Source: Truepera sp. (GTDB taxonomy: Bacteria; Deinococcota; Deinococci; Deinococcales; Trueperaceae). From it: 64,000 nucleotides of DNA. The notes beneath the pieces were generated by a model that was not told where the DNA came from, made no database searches, and saw only the letters and a program-made list of their open reading frames with translations. Where the stretch lies: contig CBDCKW010000009.1 of NCBI GenBank assembly GCA_965218435.1, forward strand, positions 2,976,001-3,040,000. The letters run 5' to 3'. Positions 9,473-19,589 of this stretch are shown here, piece after piece. Positions within the stretch are counted from its first letter, which is position 1; the number at the start of each line of letters is the position of its first letter. A program made the translations under genes and the position numbers.

Positions 9473-11161
9473 ATCATCAACCATACGACGAAACGACTTC
9501 TGCTCGGTTTGCTCTTGTTTCTCAGTGCTTGCGGGACTCGGCAGGGTGAGCTGTCAGTAACACTAACCGCAGATAAGCTCAGCGGCCCCGCGCCGCTGGG
9601 GGTTACCTTTACTGCCACGCCTGCTGGGGTCACCCAAAGCAATATCACCTACAGCTGGGATTTTGGTACGGGTGAAACGGTGGAGGGCGGCTCGAGCCAA
9701 ACCCACATTTTTGAGCAGGCCGGGACTTTTTTGGTCAAGGTCACTGCAAGTCAGAACAAGCAAACGGCGCAGGCGAGCGTCCGTATGGACGTCTCCGCGC
9801 CCCCGGTCACCCCCGACCCTACCAACGTGCCTCCGACCGTAACGCTAAGTGCGCCCAAAACGACCGGTAAAGCTCCGCTCGAGGTCGCCTTTAGCGCCGC
9901 TGCAACCGACCCGAACGGGGACACGCTCGCCTACAGTTGGGACTTTGGTGACGGCAAAACCGTTACGGGCGGCGCGGCGCAGACTCACACCTTTGCCGGA
10001 GCCGGTACCTACACCGCCGTGGTCACCGTGGCTGACGGGCGTGGCGGCGTCGCGCAGGCTAAAACGCAGATAACCGTCACCGAGCCTGACCCGCAACTTC
10101 CGCCGACCGACCCGACCGACCCTCCAAAACCGCCCCGGCCGCCCGAGAACAAAGTGCCCGAAGTGTCGCTCAGCGCAAAACCGGCTGAGGGCAGCGCGCC
10201 ACTTACCGTTTCGCTTAGGGCCGACGCCCGCGATCCCGAAGGGGAGCCGCTCACGTACACGTGGGACTTCGGCAACGGCGAAAAGGCGAAAGGGAACTCG
10301 AGCCGTACGCTCAGCTATACGAAGCCGGGCAGCTACACCGCTTTAGTAACCGTCAGCGACGGCCTCGCTGAAATCTCGGCCAAAACGCAAATCCGGGTTG
10401 ACGCGCCCGCGCCGACACCGCCCGGTAACCGCCCGCCCGAAAACGTCAGCGTGGCCGCCGACCCTCCCACCGGGACAACGCCCCTAGACGTCGAGTTCAG
10501 CGCCTCGGCCGACGACCCTGATGACGACACCCTCGTCTATCTGTGGGACTTCGGCGACGGCGTAATCTCGAACGAGAATCCGGCGCGGCACCTCTATCAA
10601 AAGGCAGGGACGTACAGCGCGTCGGTGACCGTCGGCGACCGTAAAGGGGGTAAAGCTTACGAAGAGGTCACGGTAGTTGTCACCGGCGGCGGTGCCGACA
10701 CACCCGACGTGCCGTTTTACGGCGAGTGGGCGTGGACAGCCAAGTCGGACAAAAAAACCTTGACCGGTTACCTGAGCATCTCAAAAAGCGTGTCAAAAGC
10801 GGATTCCGGCCTCGAGGAGTTTTTTGTTCGTGGCGGGCAGGGCGCGTGGACCTACTGTCAGGGCGGCCTGGACGCGTGTGGCGCACCGACCGGCGTGGGC
10901 CGCATCGATGTCCTTAACTACGGCGACGGTGACACGTTTGACATCGTGTTTACCGACGCCGAAACCGGCACTGACACACTGGTCGCCTTTGATACCGACG
11001 ACCGCATCGGTAGCCGAGACGGGGCACCGCTCTTTGAGGGTGAGGCGACGTGGTATGAGGACGACGGCAGCAGCGACGACCTGAGTTTTACGATGGTCAA
11101 GGTCGCTGACGAGCCGCAGACGGCGCTAGACGCGGCGCTGGCGACCCTTACTATACCGTAA
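9473..11161 (+). CDS. Lipoprotein with four PKD domains and an unknown C-terminal domain; start uncertain (ATC 9473/9476 or TTG 9509)
   Basis: Lipobox FLSAC; four WDFG(D/T/N)G PKD motifs joined by Pro-rich linkers. Confidence 0.85.
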   Translation: MINHTTKRLLLGLLLFLSACGTRQGELSVTLTADKLSGPAPLGVTFTATPAGVTQSNITYSWDFGTGETVEGGSSQTHIFEQAGTFLVKVTASQNKQTAQASVRMDVSAPPVTPDPTNVPPTVTLSAPKTTGKAPLEVAFSAAATDPNGDTLAYSWDFGDGKTVTGGAAQTHTFAGAGTYTAVVTVADGRGGVAQAKTQITVTEPDPQLPPTDPTDPPKPPRPPENKVPEVSLSAKPAEGSAPLTVSLRADARDPEGEPLTYTWDFGNGEKAKGNSSRTLSYTKPGSYTALVTVSDGLAEISAKTQIRVDAPAPTPPGNRPPENVSVAADPPTGTTPLDVEFSASADDPDDDTLVYLWDFGDGVISNENPARHLYQKAGTYSASVTVGDRKGGKAYEEVTVVVTGGGADTPDVPFYGEWAWTAKSDKKTLTGYLSISKSVSKADSGLEEFFVRGGQGAWTYCQGGLDACGAPTGVGRIDVLNYGDGDTFDIVFTDAETGTDTLVAFDTDDRIGSRDGAPLFEGEATWYEDDGSSDDLSFTMVKVADEPQTALDAALATLTIP

Positions 11162-11634
11162 GAAAGGAGTCAGAACACAGTATTCATATTCAGTACGGTA
11201 TTCAGACTCAATACTTTGGACACTATAGAAAGCGCGTCAGAGACGGCATTTCTCAATACGACTTCTACTTAGAGGATTCGCGTCACAGACGGGCAAAGCG
11301 GATTTTGCGTCAAAACCTGTCCGGAGTATTACAGACTGAGAACCGAACAAAAGTCTGTATAGCCAACGCCGAGGTGCTAAAAGCCAAGAAGCCACGTTCT
11401 AAAAATGCCTTTATTACAGCTTTGCTAAGCGTTCGTCAACTCAAACGAGGTTTTCACAAGCTCGAGCTGTCTCACGTCAGGCACGGGCTTATTCAGCGCA
11501 GGTGAAGCTCGTCCGGATTTCAGGTTCAGAAAGTGCTGAGTCAGTGGAGGCAAACGCGTCTTTCAGACACTCAAAACGTGATTATCAAAGCTGCGATCAA
11601 CCCAGTTTAGCTGCTCGCCGGAAAAGCTTCGAGC

Positions 11635-12786
11635 TTACGACCCACCCGCAACCAGCTTGTGCGGCAGTTTGGTCAGCACCTCAGCGCCCGTTTCGGTTAC
11701 AACGACCACGTCCTCGAGCCTGACCCCGCCCACACCCGGCAGGTACACCCCCGGCTCGATGGTCATCACCATACCGGGCTCGAGCGTCTCGGTGACTCCT
11801 TCAGCCAGCTGGGGGATACTCTCGTGAACCTCTAAACCCAGCCCATGACCGGTTCGGTGAACAAACCACTCACCGTACCCGGCCGCTTCAATCACCCGTC
11901 GCGCCGCCCGGTCAACCTCTTGCATTGCTGCACCCGGTCCCACTGCAGCAATCGCCGCCCGGTTCGCCTCGGACACAACCTCGAACACACGGCCCAGCTC
12001 AGGATTTGGTTCTCCCAAAAAGAGCGTCCGGGTGATGTCGGCGGGGTAACCGTCTTTCCGGCCCCCGTAATCAATCAGCAGCGGTTCGCCGCTTTGGAGC
12101 GTCCGGGACGAGGGGTCGCCATGCGGCAACGCACTGTTCGGCCCGGACTGAACCAAAGGTCCAAACGCGTGACCTTCGCTGCCTTCTTCCCCCAGCAGTG
12201 CCGTCAGCCGACCTGCAATCTCTTGCTCGCTCTGTCCGGCGCTGAGTTCAGGTAAAAGCCGCCCTAGCGCCCGCTCACTCAGCGCGGTCGCCGCCCGAAT
12301 CGCGGCTAATTCACCGGGTTCTTTATGTGCCCGAAGCCTGGTTAGTTCCTTTTCAGCGCGGCGTACCTGCAATTCCGGGGCCTCAGCCAAAAGTGCCAGA
12401 TATTCGCCCGCCCGCATCGTCAGCGCGTCAATCCCGAGGACTTGCTCACGCAGCCCTAATTCGTCCAGCACGGCCCGAAACGCCCCTTCAAACCCGGCTT
12501 CATCGCTCCAGGGAAAAAGCTGAGGTGACAGCTCGGGGTGCGCCGAGAGTTGGGGGACCTCGAGTTCAGGCAACACCAGCGCCAGTCCTGTAGACGTGAT
12601 AAACGCCAGAAGAGGCCGTTCCGAAAGCCCAAACGTCAGACCGGTAAAGTAGCCCAGGTTGGCCCCCGGTACGAGCACAACCGCATCAAATCCGTCCAGC
12701 TCACGCACTTTGGCCTGCCGCGCCGCGTAATCTACCAGCTGCTTTGCCCCTCGGTTATCCTGTTGACTTAGCCCTTGTTCGGTCAT
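11635..12786 (-). CDS. Xaa-Pro peptidase (M24 family)
   Basis: SALPHG, IDYGG..GY.ADITRT, HRTGHGLGLEVHE, TIEPGVY and GVRLED motifs; ATG 12786 lies 7 nt after TATGCT. Confidence 0.92.
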   Translation of the reverse strand: MTEQGLSQQDNRGAKQLVDYAARQAKVRELDGFDAVVLVPGANLGYFTGLTFGLSERPLLAFITSTGLALVLPELEVPQLSAHPELSPQLFPWSDEAGFEGAFRAVLDELGLREQVLGIDALTMRAGEYLALLAEAPELQVRRAEKELTRLRAHKEPGELAAIRAATALSERALGRLLPELSAGQSEQEIAGRLTALLGEEGSEGHAFGPLVQSGPNSALPHGDPSSRTLQSGEPLLIDYGGRKDGYPADITRTLFLGEPNPELGRVFEVVSEANRAAIAAVGPGAAMQEVDRAARRVIEAAGYGEWFVHRTGHGLGLEVHESIPQLAEGVTETLEPGMVMTIEPGVYLPGVGGVRLEDVVVVTETGAEVLTKLPHKLVAGGS

Positions 12787-12898
12787 GCTCTGAAGCATAC
12801 GCCGCACCACCCGAAAAGGCTATGTGGACCTATTTAAGCTTATGCTATAAAGCTGATTTACGCCGTTTGACACACGCCTTCTAGCACCTTGAGTGCCC

Positions 12899-12927
12899 TT
12901 GACTAACCTTAAAAAATGAGGTAGAAT
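12899..12927 (+). promoter_or_regulatory. Sigma70-type promoter for Crp/Fnr paralogue 1
   Basis: TTGACT-17 nt-TAGAAT. Confidence 0.7.
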
Positions 12928-13009
12928 GCCTTTATTGATGAGGTGACCTAAACCAAGCTCTACAGCCACCCGCAACACACTACCCCCCAGCCACCTAAAG
13001 AGGTTTCAA

Positions 13010-13678
13010 ATGACCCAGCAAGTACCCCAAATGTTTAGCGATTCTCACCCCTTTGTTCCTGCAACTCTTGCACTCCCGACCCGCGTTTTAGAGGCCGACG
13101 ACGTGCTATACGAAGAAGGCCGCGACGCCTCATCTTTGTACCTTGTGAGCAGCGGCGTGCTTAAAGCCGTCGTCCCGACGTCGATGGGCAAAGAACGTAT
13201 CGCCGACCTTTACGGCCCCGGTGATGTGCTCGGTACCGCCGCCTTGGACGGCGGTCAACACGCCGAAACCGTGATTGCCGTTCACGACGCGCAGCTCGTC
13301 CCACTCGACCCCGCGCAAGCGATGAACGACCGCGTGCTCCGCGACCACATCTTGCGTAGCCTCGCGCGCCAACTCCGGCACGCTCGCCAAGGCATTGACG
13401 ACGCCGAGCTCCCGGTCGGTGCCCGCGTGACCAAAGCGTTTTTACGGCTCGTCGAGCGGTTCGGGCAAGCGTCTGATACCGGCGAAGGCGTCAAGCTGCC
13501 GCTCGCCCTCACGCACGAAGACCTGGCGTCACTGACGGGTTCGTCCCGCGTGACGATCACCCGGATTTTGGGTGAACTCCGGCACGAAGGCGCGTTGTCC
13601 GGGACGCGCGGCGTCTACTACGCCAACCCGCAGGGCCTCGAGGCCGCCACCGACGACTACGTGATGCAAGTCCTGTAA
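13010..13678 (+). CDS. Crp/Fnr-family transcriptional regulator (paralogue 1)
   Basis: Beta-roll domain (LYLVSSGVLK..GPGDVLG) and HTH LTHEDLASLTGSSRVTITRILGELR. Confidence 0.92.
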   Translation: MTQQVPQMFSDSHPFVPATLALPTRVLEADDVLYEEGRDASSLYLVSSGVLKAVVPTSMGKERIADLYGPGDVLGTAALDGGQHAETVIAVHDAQLVPLDPAQAMNDRVLRDHILRSLARQLRHARQGIDDAELPVGARVTKAFLRLVERFGQASDTGEGVKLPLALTHEDLASLTGSSRVTITRILGELRHEGALSGTRGVYYANPQGLEAATDDYVMQVL

Positions 13679-13750
13679 AGCGTCGAATTTGAGCTGCGAG
13701 CGTTGCTGTACAGCAACGCTCGCAGCTTTTTTGCTTGCTATAGTCACCCT

Positions 13751-14698
13751 ATGAAACTGCTCTATCCGACCTCGCTCGAGTTAGCTACTGGGAGGCTCGA
13801 GGGTTTTGGTGTCAACTTGTGCCCTTACGATGTCAAGCAGGTCCTCCCTACAGAGCACCACGACGCCGAAGTGCTCGTCACTTGGGGCAACAGCGCCGCG
13901 ATGCTCGAGGGCGCAGCCAAGAAGCTCTCCAACCTCCGCTGGGTTCAGTCGCTGGCCGCCGGCCCTAACGACATTTTAAGAGCTGGATTTGCCGAGGACA
14001 TTACAGTGACCACCGGCAGCGGTCTTCATGACCACACCGTCGCGGAGCACACCCTCGGCCTCCTCTTAAACGCCGCGCGGCGTTTTTACGAGATGCGCGA
14101 CTTTCAAGCCCAGCGCCGCTGGCCGGGGCACTTGGGTGGCCCGCAACCTGACCGACCCAAAGACGCCTTTCGAACGCTGCAAGACGCTAGCGTGCTCGTG
14201 TGGGGTTACGGCAACATTGCCCAAACCCTCGCGCCACACTTGAAACTGTTGGGCGCACACGTCCGGGGCGTCGCCCGCACCGCCGGAGTCAGAGACGGCA
14301 CCGAGGTTTTAACTGAGGCTGACCTGCCGGAGCTGCTCCCACAAACCGACGCACTGGTGATGATCTTGCCCGGTTCGGAAGCGACGCGTCACGCCCTTTC
14401 AAAAGAACGTTTGGCCCTTTTGCCCCGTCACGCCTGGGTGGTCAATGTTGGGCGCGGCACCGCAGTAGATGAAGCGGCGCTCGTCCACGCCCTGCAGACA
14501 GGCAAACTCGGCGGCGCGGCGCTCGATGTGTTTGACACCGAGCCGCTCCCGGAAAGCTCACCGCTCTGGGACGCGCCTAACCTAATCGTATCGCCACACG
14601 CAGCCGGGGGGCGACCGCAGGGCGCAGAAGCCCTAATCGCTGAAAACTTGAGACGGTTTCTGGCAGGACAGCCGCTAAACAACGTGATTGGGCGTTAA
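13751..14698 (+). CDS. D-isomer-specific 2-hydroxyacid dehydrogenase family protein
   Basis: GYGNIA, NVGRG, LDVFDTEPLP and SPHAAG motifs; ATG 6 nt after TATAGT. Confidence 0.88.
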   Translation: MKLLYPTSLELATGRLEGFGVNLCPYDVKQVLPTEHHDAEVLVTWGNSAAMLEGAAKKLSNLRWVQSLAAGPNDILRAGFAEDITVTTGSGLHDHTVAEHTLGLLLNAARRFYEMRDFQAQRRWPGHLGGPQPDRPKDAFRTLQDASVLVWGYGNIAQTLAPHLKLLGAHVRGVARTAGVRDGTEVLTEADLPELLPQTDALVMILPGSEATRHALSKERLALLPRHAWVVNVGRGTAVDEAALVHALQTGKLGGAALDVFDTEPLPESSPLWDAPNLIVSPHAAGGRPQGAEALIAENLRRFLAGQPLNNVIGR

Positions 14699-14717
14699 CT
14701 GCAGCTATGCTTAACCG

Positions 14718-14987
14718 ATGAACGTACTTTACAACTCAGCCCAAAACCGCTTTGAAATCGCCCTAGGCGGCGGCGCAGTAGCTGAACTCGACTATATCCG
14801 CAAACCCGGTACCTTAACGATTACGCACACCTACGTTCCACCTAAATTTGAAGGCCGGGGAATTGCCAGCAAGCTGACCCAAGAAGCGTTAGCGTACGCG
14901 TCTCGAGAGGGCCTCGAGGTCATCCCCCTCTGCTCGTTTGCGGTGAGTTACCTGGCGCGTCAAAACCGCAGAACTCAGAACGCCTGA
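14718..14987 (+). CDS. Small GNAT-family acetyltransferase (YjdJ-like)
   Basis: HTYVPPKFEGRGIA...VIPLCSF motif. Confidence 0.85.
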   Translation: MNVLYNSAQNRFEIALGGGAVAELDYIRKPGTLTITHTYVPPKFEGRGIASKLTQEALAYASREGLEVIPLCSFAVSYLARQNRRTQNA

Positions 14988-14999
14988 GCCGAGTTAAGT

Positions 15000-16256
15000 T
15001 TAGGCACCCCTGGCACGGACACCGCGCCCCAAAATCAGCGCCGCCGCTCGCTCGCCGCTCTCCATTGCTCCCTGAACCGAACTCATGCTGGTCGCCTCTG
15101 AAGCGATGAGGACGTTGGGCATGGACGTCTCGTTGTCCGGTAGCGCCGCGCTGAAGCCGGCAGGTTGCGCAAATTGGGCAAAAGGGATACGGATGACCTT
15201 TAACAGGCGCAACTGCGACACCGCGCCACCGTACCAGGCACTGAGTTCATACCTCACTTCCCGGTCCAGTTCCTGATCATCCAGACCTTCTGCGCCGAGC
15301 GCCGTCACCGACAACAGGTGCTCACCCGGCGGGGCCAACAGCGGGTTGACGTTACTCAGCCAAAGCGCGTTGTTGACGTAGCCCTCAGCAGCGTTTAAGA
15401 GCAGGCGTAGTTCGGCGTCAAGGCGCACAGCTGAGGCGTAGTAGAGGTAGGTGCTGCCGACGCCCTCGGTAGGTACGCTGACGCCGGTCAACCGCTCGAG
15501 TTCAGGCGGGTCGGTCGCCAAGATAACGTGGGTGGCCCCAAACTTTTCCCCTTCAGTCTCTACGGTGACGCCGTTCGTGTGGGGCTCGAGCCCCGTCACT
15601 TTGGTACCAAACCTGATCTCTAACCCCTCAGCGAGCTGCTGCGTGATGCGGCCGACGCCACCCCTCGGCAAGGCAATCTGGCCGTCTAAGAGCATCCGAA
15701 AGTAATAACGAAAAAGCCGCGCACTCGTCCTCAGGTCACGCCGTAAAAAGATGCCGCCAAAAAAAGGGGCGAAAAACCGTTCGATAACCCGCTCTGAAAA
15801 CCCGTAACGCCGTAAAAAATCATGTGTCGGTTCGTCTTTACCTATAAGCAGGTGAGGGGTCGGCGCACTTTTAAGCGTCGCCGCGAGTGCCAGCACCCTG
15901 GCTCGGTCGGGCCAGCTGAGACTTTTGGCTTGCAACGTCCCGCTGAGACTGCCGGGGTCACGGCCAACGGTTTCACGTGAGCGCCCCTGACAGATGACCG
16001 CCGCCGGAGGAAGCAAAACGAGGTCCAGGCGTTTGAGGTCTAAGTTACGCGCTACAGCGGGGTAGGCGGTAAACAAAACCTGAAACCCGGCGTCAAGGGT
16101 AAAGCCGTCTTGCATCACCGAATAGACGCGGCCGCCGAGATGAGACCTAGCCTCGAGCACCCGCACACTAACACCCGCCAGCCGCAGCTGCCGCGCCGCC
16201 GTTAACCCGGCTAGCCCCGCGCCGACAACTACCACGTTTGTCTTACGCTGAGTCAC
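15000..16256 (-). CDS. FAD-dependent oxidoreductase (amine oxidase/protoporphyrinogen oxidase-like)
   Basis: VVGAGLAGL, LEA...GGR, LDAGFQVLFTAYP and GAMESG motifs; GTG at 16256 preferred as start. Confidence 0.82.
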   Translation of the reverse strand: MTQRKTNVVVVGAGLAGLTAARQLRLAGVSVRVLEARSHLGGRVYSVMQDGFTLDAGFQVLFTAYPAVARNLDLKRLDLVLLPPAAVICQGRSRETVGRDPGSLSGTLQAKSLSWPDRARVLALAATLKSAPTPHLLIGKDEPTHDFLRRYGFSERVIERFFAPFFGGIFLRRDLRTSARLFRYYFRMLLDGQIALPRGGVGRITQQLAEGLEIRFGTKVTGLEPHTNGVTVETEGEKFGATHVILATDPPELERLTGVSVPTEGVGSTYLYYASAVRLDAELRLLLNAAEGYVNNALWLSNVNPLLAPPGEHLLSVTALGAEGLDDQELDREVRYELSAWYGGAVSQLRLLKVIRIPFAQFAQPAGFSAALPDNETSMPNVLIASEATSMSSVQGAMESGERAAALILGRGVRARGA

Positions 16257-16458
16257 GCATCTTAGCTTAGCAGCCGACTGCTTAACTCTTTGGATGGTGT
16301 GACGCTTTGCCAACTGAAACATCGGCAAGAAGTTTAAGAAACCCAGTCGGGACAGCTCTAAAAAACCCGTCGCAAACGACGTGCCCGAACGTTTGGAGAC
16401 AGGGGCGCTAAGGTAGACTAAAGCTATGTTCGCCCGTCAGGGGCGCTGAGGAGGAAAG

Positions 16459-17844
16459 ATGGATTATCAAGTGCTGATTATCGGAGCGGGGCCGGGAGGC
16501 TACCACGCCGCTATTCGCGCCGCGCAGCTCGGTCAGAAAACCGCTTGTGTTGAAGACACCTATGTGGGCGGCGTCTGCCTTAATGTCGGCTGTATTCCAA
16601 CAAAGGCCCTGTTACACGTGGCTGAAGATTTGCGCGAAGCGCAGCACGCTAAGGATTACGGGATTGACTTCGGCAAGCCCAAGGTTGACCTCGAACAAGT
16701 TGACAAATGGAAAACGGGCGTCGTCAACAAGTTGACCGGCGGCGTGCGGAGCCTGTTAAAAAGCAACAAAGTTGACCTGCTCGAGGGTCACGCTGTCTTA
16801 AAAGACAAAAACACCGTCCAGGTTGGCGACAAAACTGTTACGGCTGAAAAGATCATCGTCGCCACCGGTTCCGAGCCCATCGAGATTCCAGGGTTTGAAA
16901 CAAACGGCGAGACGATTGTCAATTCGACCGGTGCGCTCTTAGTCTCCGAGATTCCCAAACGGTTTTTGGCGATCGGTGGGAGCGCCATCGGTTTAGAGTT
17001 CTCCGACATCTATCACGCACTCGGTTCTGAGGTTACCGTCGTCGAACTGATGGACGAGATCGTCCCGACCGCTGACCGCGACGCGGCCAAAGAGTTACGC
17101 AAATCGTTCGATAAACGCGGCGTTAAGATTTTGACCAATACCAAAGCAGTGAGCCAGAAGAAAACAAAGGACGGGCTCGAGGTTACTTTAGAGCGTGACG
17201 GTCAAGAAGAAAAGCTCGTCGTGGATAAAATTTTGGTCGCCGTCGGGCGCAAACCACGGGGCAAAGGCATCGGTTTGGAAGAGGTGGGGGTTAAGCTCGA
17301 GCGCGGCTTTGTCCCAACCAACGCCCAGATGCAGACGAATATCCCCACCATCTACGCTATCGGCGACGTGAGCAAGCCGCCCCTATTGGCACACAAAGCC
17401 ATGAAAGAAGGTCTCGTCGCCGCCGAACACGCCGCCGGTCAACCGGCCGCTTATGACACCATCGTCCCGGCGGTTGTCTATACGAGCCCTGAACTCGCGT
17501 CGGTCGGGATGACTGAACAAGAGGCGAAAGACGCCGGACACAAGGTACGGGTCGGGACATTCCCATTAACCGCGTCGAGCCGCGCCATGACGTTAGGCGT
17601 CTCTGAGGGAATCGTCAAAGTCATCGGTGACGAAGAGACCGATTTGCTTTTAGGGTTTCACATGGTCGGCCCGAGTGCAGGCGATATGGTCTCCGAAGCG
17701 GCGCTCGCCATCGAGATGGGCGCAACCTTAGAGGACATTTCGCTCACCCAACACGCCCACCCGACCATCGCCGAGAGCTTGATGGAGGCTGCAGAAGCGG
17801 CACACGGTGTAGCGATTCATATTATAAATAGACGCCGCAAATAG
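16459..17844 (+). CDS. lpdA: Dihydrolipoyl dehydrogenase (E3)
   Basis: GAGPGGY, GGVCLNVGCIPTK redox disulfide and HAHPTIAE motifs. Confidence 0.96.
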   Translation: MDYQVLIIGAGPGGYHAAIRAAQLGQKTACVEDTYVGGVCLNVGCIPTKALLHVAEDLREAQHAKDYGIDFGKPKVDLEQVDKWKTGVVNKLTGGVRSLLKSNKVDLLEGHAVLKDKNTVQVGDKTVTAEKIIVATGSEPIEIPGFETNGETIVNSTGALLVSEIPKRFLAIGGSAIGLEFSDIYHALGSEVTVVELMDEIVPTADRDAAKELRKSFDKRGVKILTNTKAVSQKKTKDGLEVTLERDGQEEKLVVDKILVAVGRKPRGKGIGLEEVGVKLERGFVPTNAQMQTNIPTIYAIGDVSKPPLLAHKAMKEGLVAAEHAAGQPAAYDTIVPAVVYTSPELASVGMTEQEAKDAGHKVRVGTFPLTASSRAMTLGVSEGIVKVIGDEETDLLLGFHMVGPSAGDMVSEAALAIEMGATLEDISLTQHAHPTIAESLMEAAEAAHGVAIHIINRRRK

Positions 17845-17855
17845 GCTTCTACCTC

Positions 17856-17893
17856 AAAAAACGAAGAGCTGCCGTCAGTTAGCGGGCAGCTCT
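17856..17893. terminator. Intrinsic terminator between convergent lpdA and cyclase genes
   Basis: AGAGCTGCC/GGCAGCTCT stem with upstream A-tract. Confidence 0.6.
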
Positions 17894-17915
17894 CGAACAT
17901 TTCTGCACGTTTAAC

Positions 17916-18566
17916 TCAGGCAGGACGCAGCAACACCCGAATAGGCGACGCGTCACCCCCAACGATTTTAAGCGGTAGCGCAGCCAGCTCAAACTGTCCC
18001 TCGCGGACGTTTCTTAGATCAAGACCTTCGATCACCCAAATACCCGCACCTAAAAGTATTCTATGCGTGTGGTACGTAGCGGCGAAGGGCGCAACGGACA
18101 GGTAATCCACGCCGACAAGAGCAGTTTCGCGCTCAGCTAGATAACTCGCAGCTTCGGCAGAGACGGCAATATAGTTTTCGTCAAAGGGCTCGGTAAGCCA
18201 GTCCCTAGCTGAATTTTTGGTCTTAAAAAATAAGCGTTCGCCTGGTTTTAGCTCACCGGCCCTCGCTTCGTACGCTCTGATTTGGGCGCTCGAGATCACT
18301 TCTCCTATTATCTCAGCGACCCTGACCGGGCCAAACATCGCTTCAAACGGTGCGGCGGTAATATCGGCCCCGTCTTGGTAAAAATGCAGCGGCGCGTCCA
18401 TATGGGTGCCGGTATGGACACTCATCGTCAACGTGCTGACGTTCGAGCTTTTGCCCTCCTCCATACTGCTGGTACGGCGACGTTCTGTTTGCGGCTGCCC
18501 CGGCCAGACGACCATCTCGGGGGTGATCGGCCAGGTGACGTCGAGCCACGCGCTGCTTTGCGGCAC
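17916..18566 (-). CDS. Cyclase-family metal hydrolase (kynurenine formamidase-like)
   Basis: HTGTHMDAPLHF, GVDYLSV, IEGLDL and GGDASP.R motifs; GTG 18566 follows the SDR stop. Confidence 0.85.
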   Translation of the reverse strand: MPQSSAWLDVTWPITPEMVVWPGQPQTERRRTSSMEEGKSSNVSTLTMSVHTGTHMDAPLHFYQDGADITAAPFEAMFGPVRVAEIIGEVISSAQIRAYEARAGELKPGERLFFKTKNSARDWLTEPFDENYIAVSAEAASYLAERETALVGVDYLSVAPFAATYHTHRILLGAGIWVIEGLDLRNVREGQFELAALPLKIVGGDASPIRVLLRPA

Positions 18567-18573
18567 TTGGCGT

Positions 18574-19383
18574 TTAACCGAACGCGGTCTGCACCGCGCC
18601 GCCGTCAACGCGGTAATTTGCACCATCGACGTACATCGCCAGGTCGGAACACAAAAAGGCGATGACGTTGGCGACCTCTTGAGGTTTACCACGCCGTTTA
18701 AGGGTAATGCCGGGGCGATCTTCAGCCAAAAAGCTCTCGACCGCTTCGTCAACACTTGTATCCATTTTTTTTGCCCGCTCTTCCATCATCGCGTCGGTCA
18801 TCGGCGTCTCAACGTAGGCGGGTGACACGACGTTGACGTGAACGCCGTCGGGACCATAGGCTTTGGAAAGTCCTTTAGCCAAGTTGATAATCCCCGCTTT
18901 AGCGGCGTTGTAGGGCGTTTCTTCGACGTAAGGTTGAACGGCATTTTCAGAAGCGATGAGCACAATACGCCCGTAGCCACGTTCACGCATCCCCGGAATA
19001 AACGCTCGGCAAACCCGTACCGCACCCAGCAGGTCAACGTTGAGCGTTTCGTGCCAACCCTCATCGGTCAGCTCGAGAAAATCACCGGCATCTCCCCTGG
19101 CCCCGGCGATATTTGCGAGTACAGCCGCGCCGCCTTGTTCGTCCGCGGCGCTGAGCAACTTGTTGACCGAATCAACATCAGTCAGGTCAGCAGGGCAAAT
19201 ATATACCTCTGCGCCCGGTGCATGTTCCTCAATCTGTGCTTTAGCTTTTTGTAGCGGCCCTTCTTCAAGGTCACTGAGAAGCACTTTAGCCCCTTCAGCG
19301 GCCAAGGTCATTGCCGTGCTAAGGCCAATTCCCGAATCTGCTCCTGTTATCACAGCAAGTTTTCCGTTGAAAGCTAGGTCCAT
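18574..19383 (-). CDS. Short-chain dehydrogenase/reductase
   Basis: TGADSGIG, YNAAK and VDGG motifs. Confidence 0.92.
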   Translation of the reverse strand: MDLAFNGKLAVITGADSGIGLSTAMTLAAEGAKVLLSDLEEGPLQKAKAQIEEHAPGAEVYICPADLTDVDSVNKLLSAADEQGGAAVLANIAGARGDAGDFLELTDEGWHETLNVDLLGAVRVCRAFIPGMRERGYGRIVLIASENAVQPYVEETPYNAAKAGIINLAKGLSKAYGPDGVHVNVVSPAYVETPMTDAMMEERAKKMDTSVDEAVESFLAEDRPGITLKRRGKPQEVANVIAFLCSDLAMYVDGANYRVDGGAVQTAFG

Positions 19384-19532
19384 ATAGAGGAGGTTACTGA
19401 AATAGCACTCAAAAGATTACGTGCTGAACTATAATTTTTGCAGTGAGGGCAGTGCCGAGAACTCTTTAGCTGTAGGGTGAGAAGCTCGAGCCCTATCCTA
19501 TCCTACAAATGGCGGTAGCAGTAAGCTGCATG

Positions 19533-19562
19533 AAAAAGGACACGGCTTGATTGCCGTGTCCT
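19533..19562 (-). terminator. Intrinsic terminator of the beta-helix lipoprotein gene
   Basis: GGACACGGC/GCCGTGTCC stem followed by U5 on the minus strand. Confidence 0.75.
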
Positions 19563-19589
19563 CGTATCCTCTGTGAGTTTGAGGTTAGT

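Noticed and set aside
11162..11634. AT-rich gap with short TATTCA repeats and an imperfect inverted repeat (GACTCAATACTTT/AAAGTGCTGAGTC)
   Set aside because: No TSD, no second copy and no repeat-spacer periodicity, so it is not supportable as a MITE or CRISPR
17916..18755. Extended 279-aa version of the cyclase ORF, and extended starts for the ORFs at 2647, 13703, 16328, 42800, 44875 and 60444
   Set aside because: The extensions overlap neighbouring genes or promoters; SD or leaderless signals and domain boundaries support the shorter starts given
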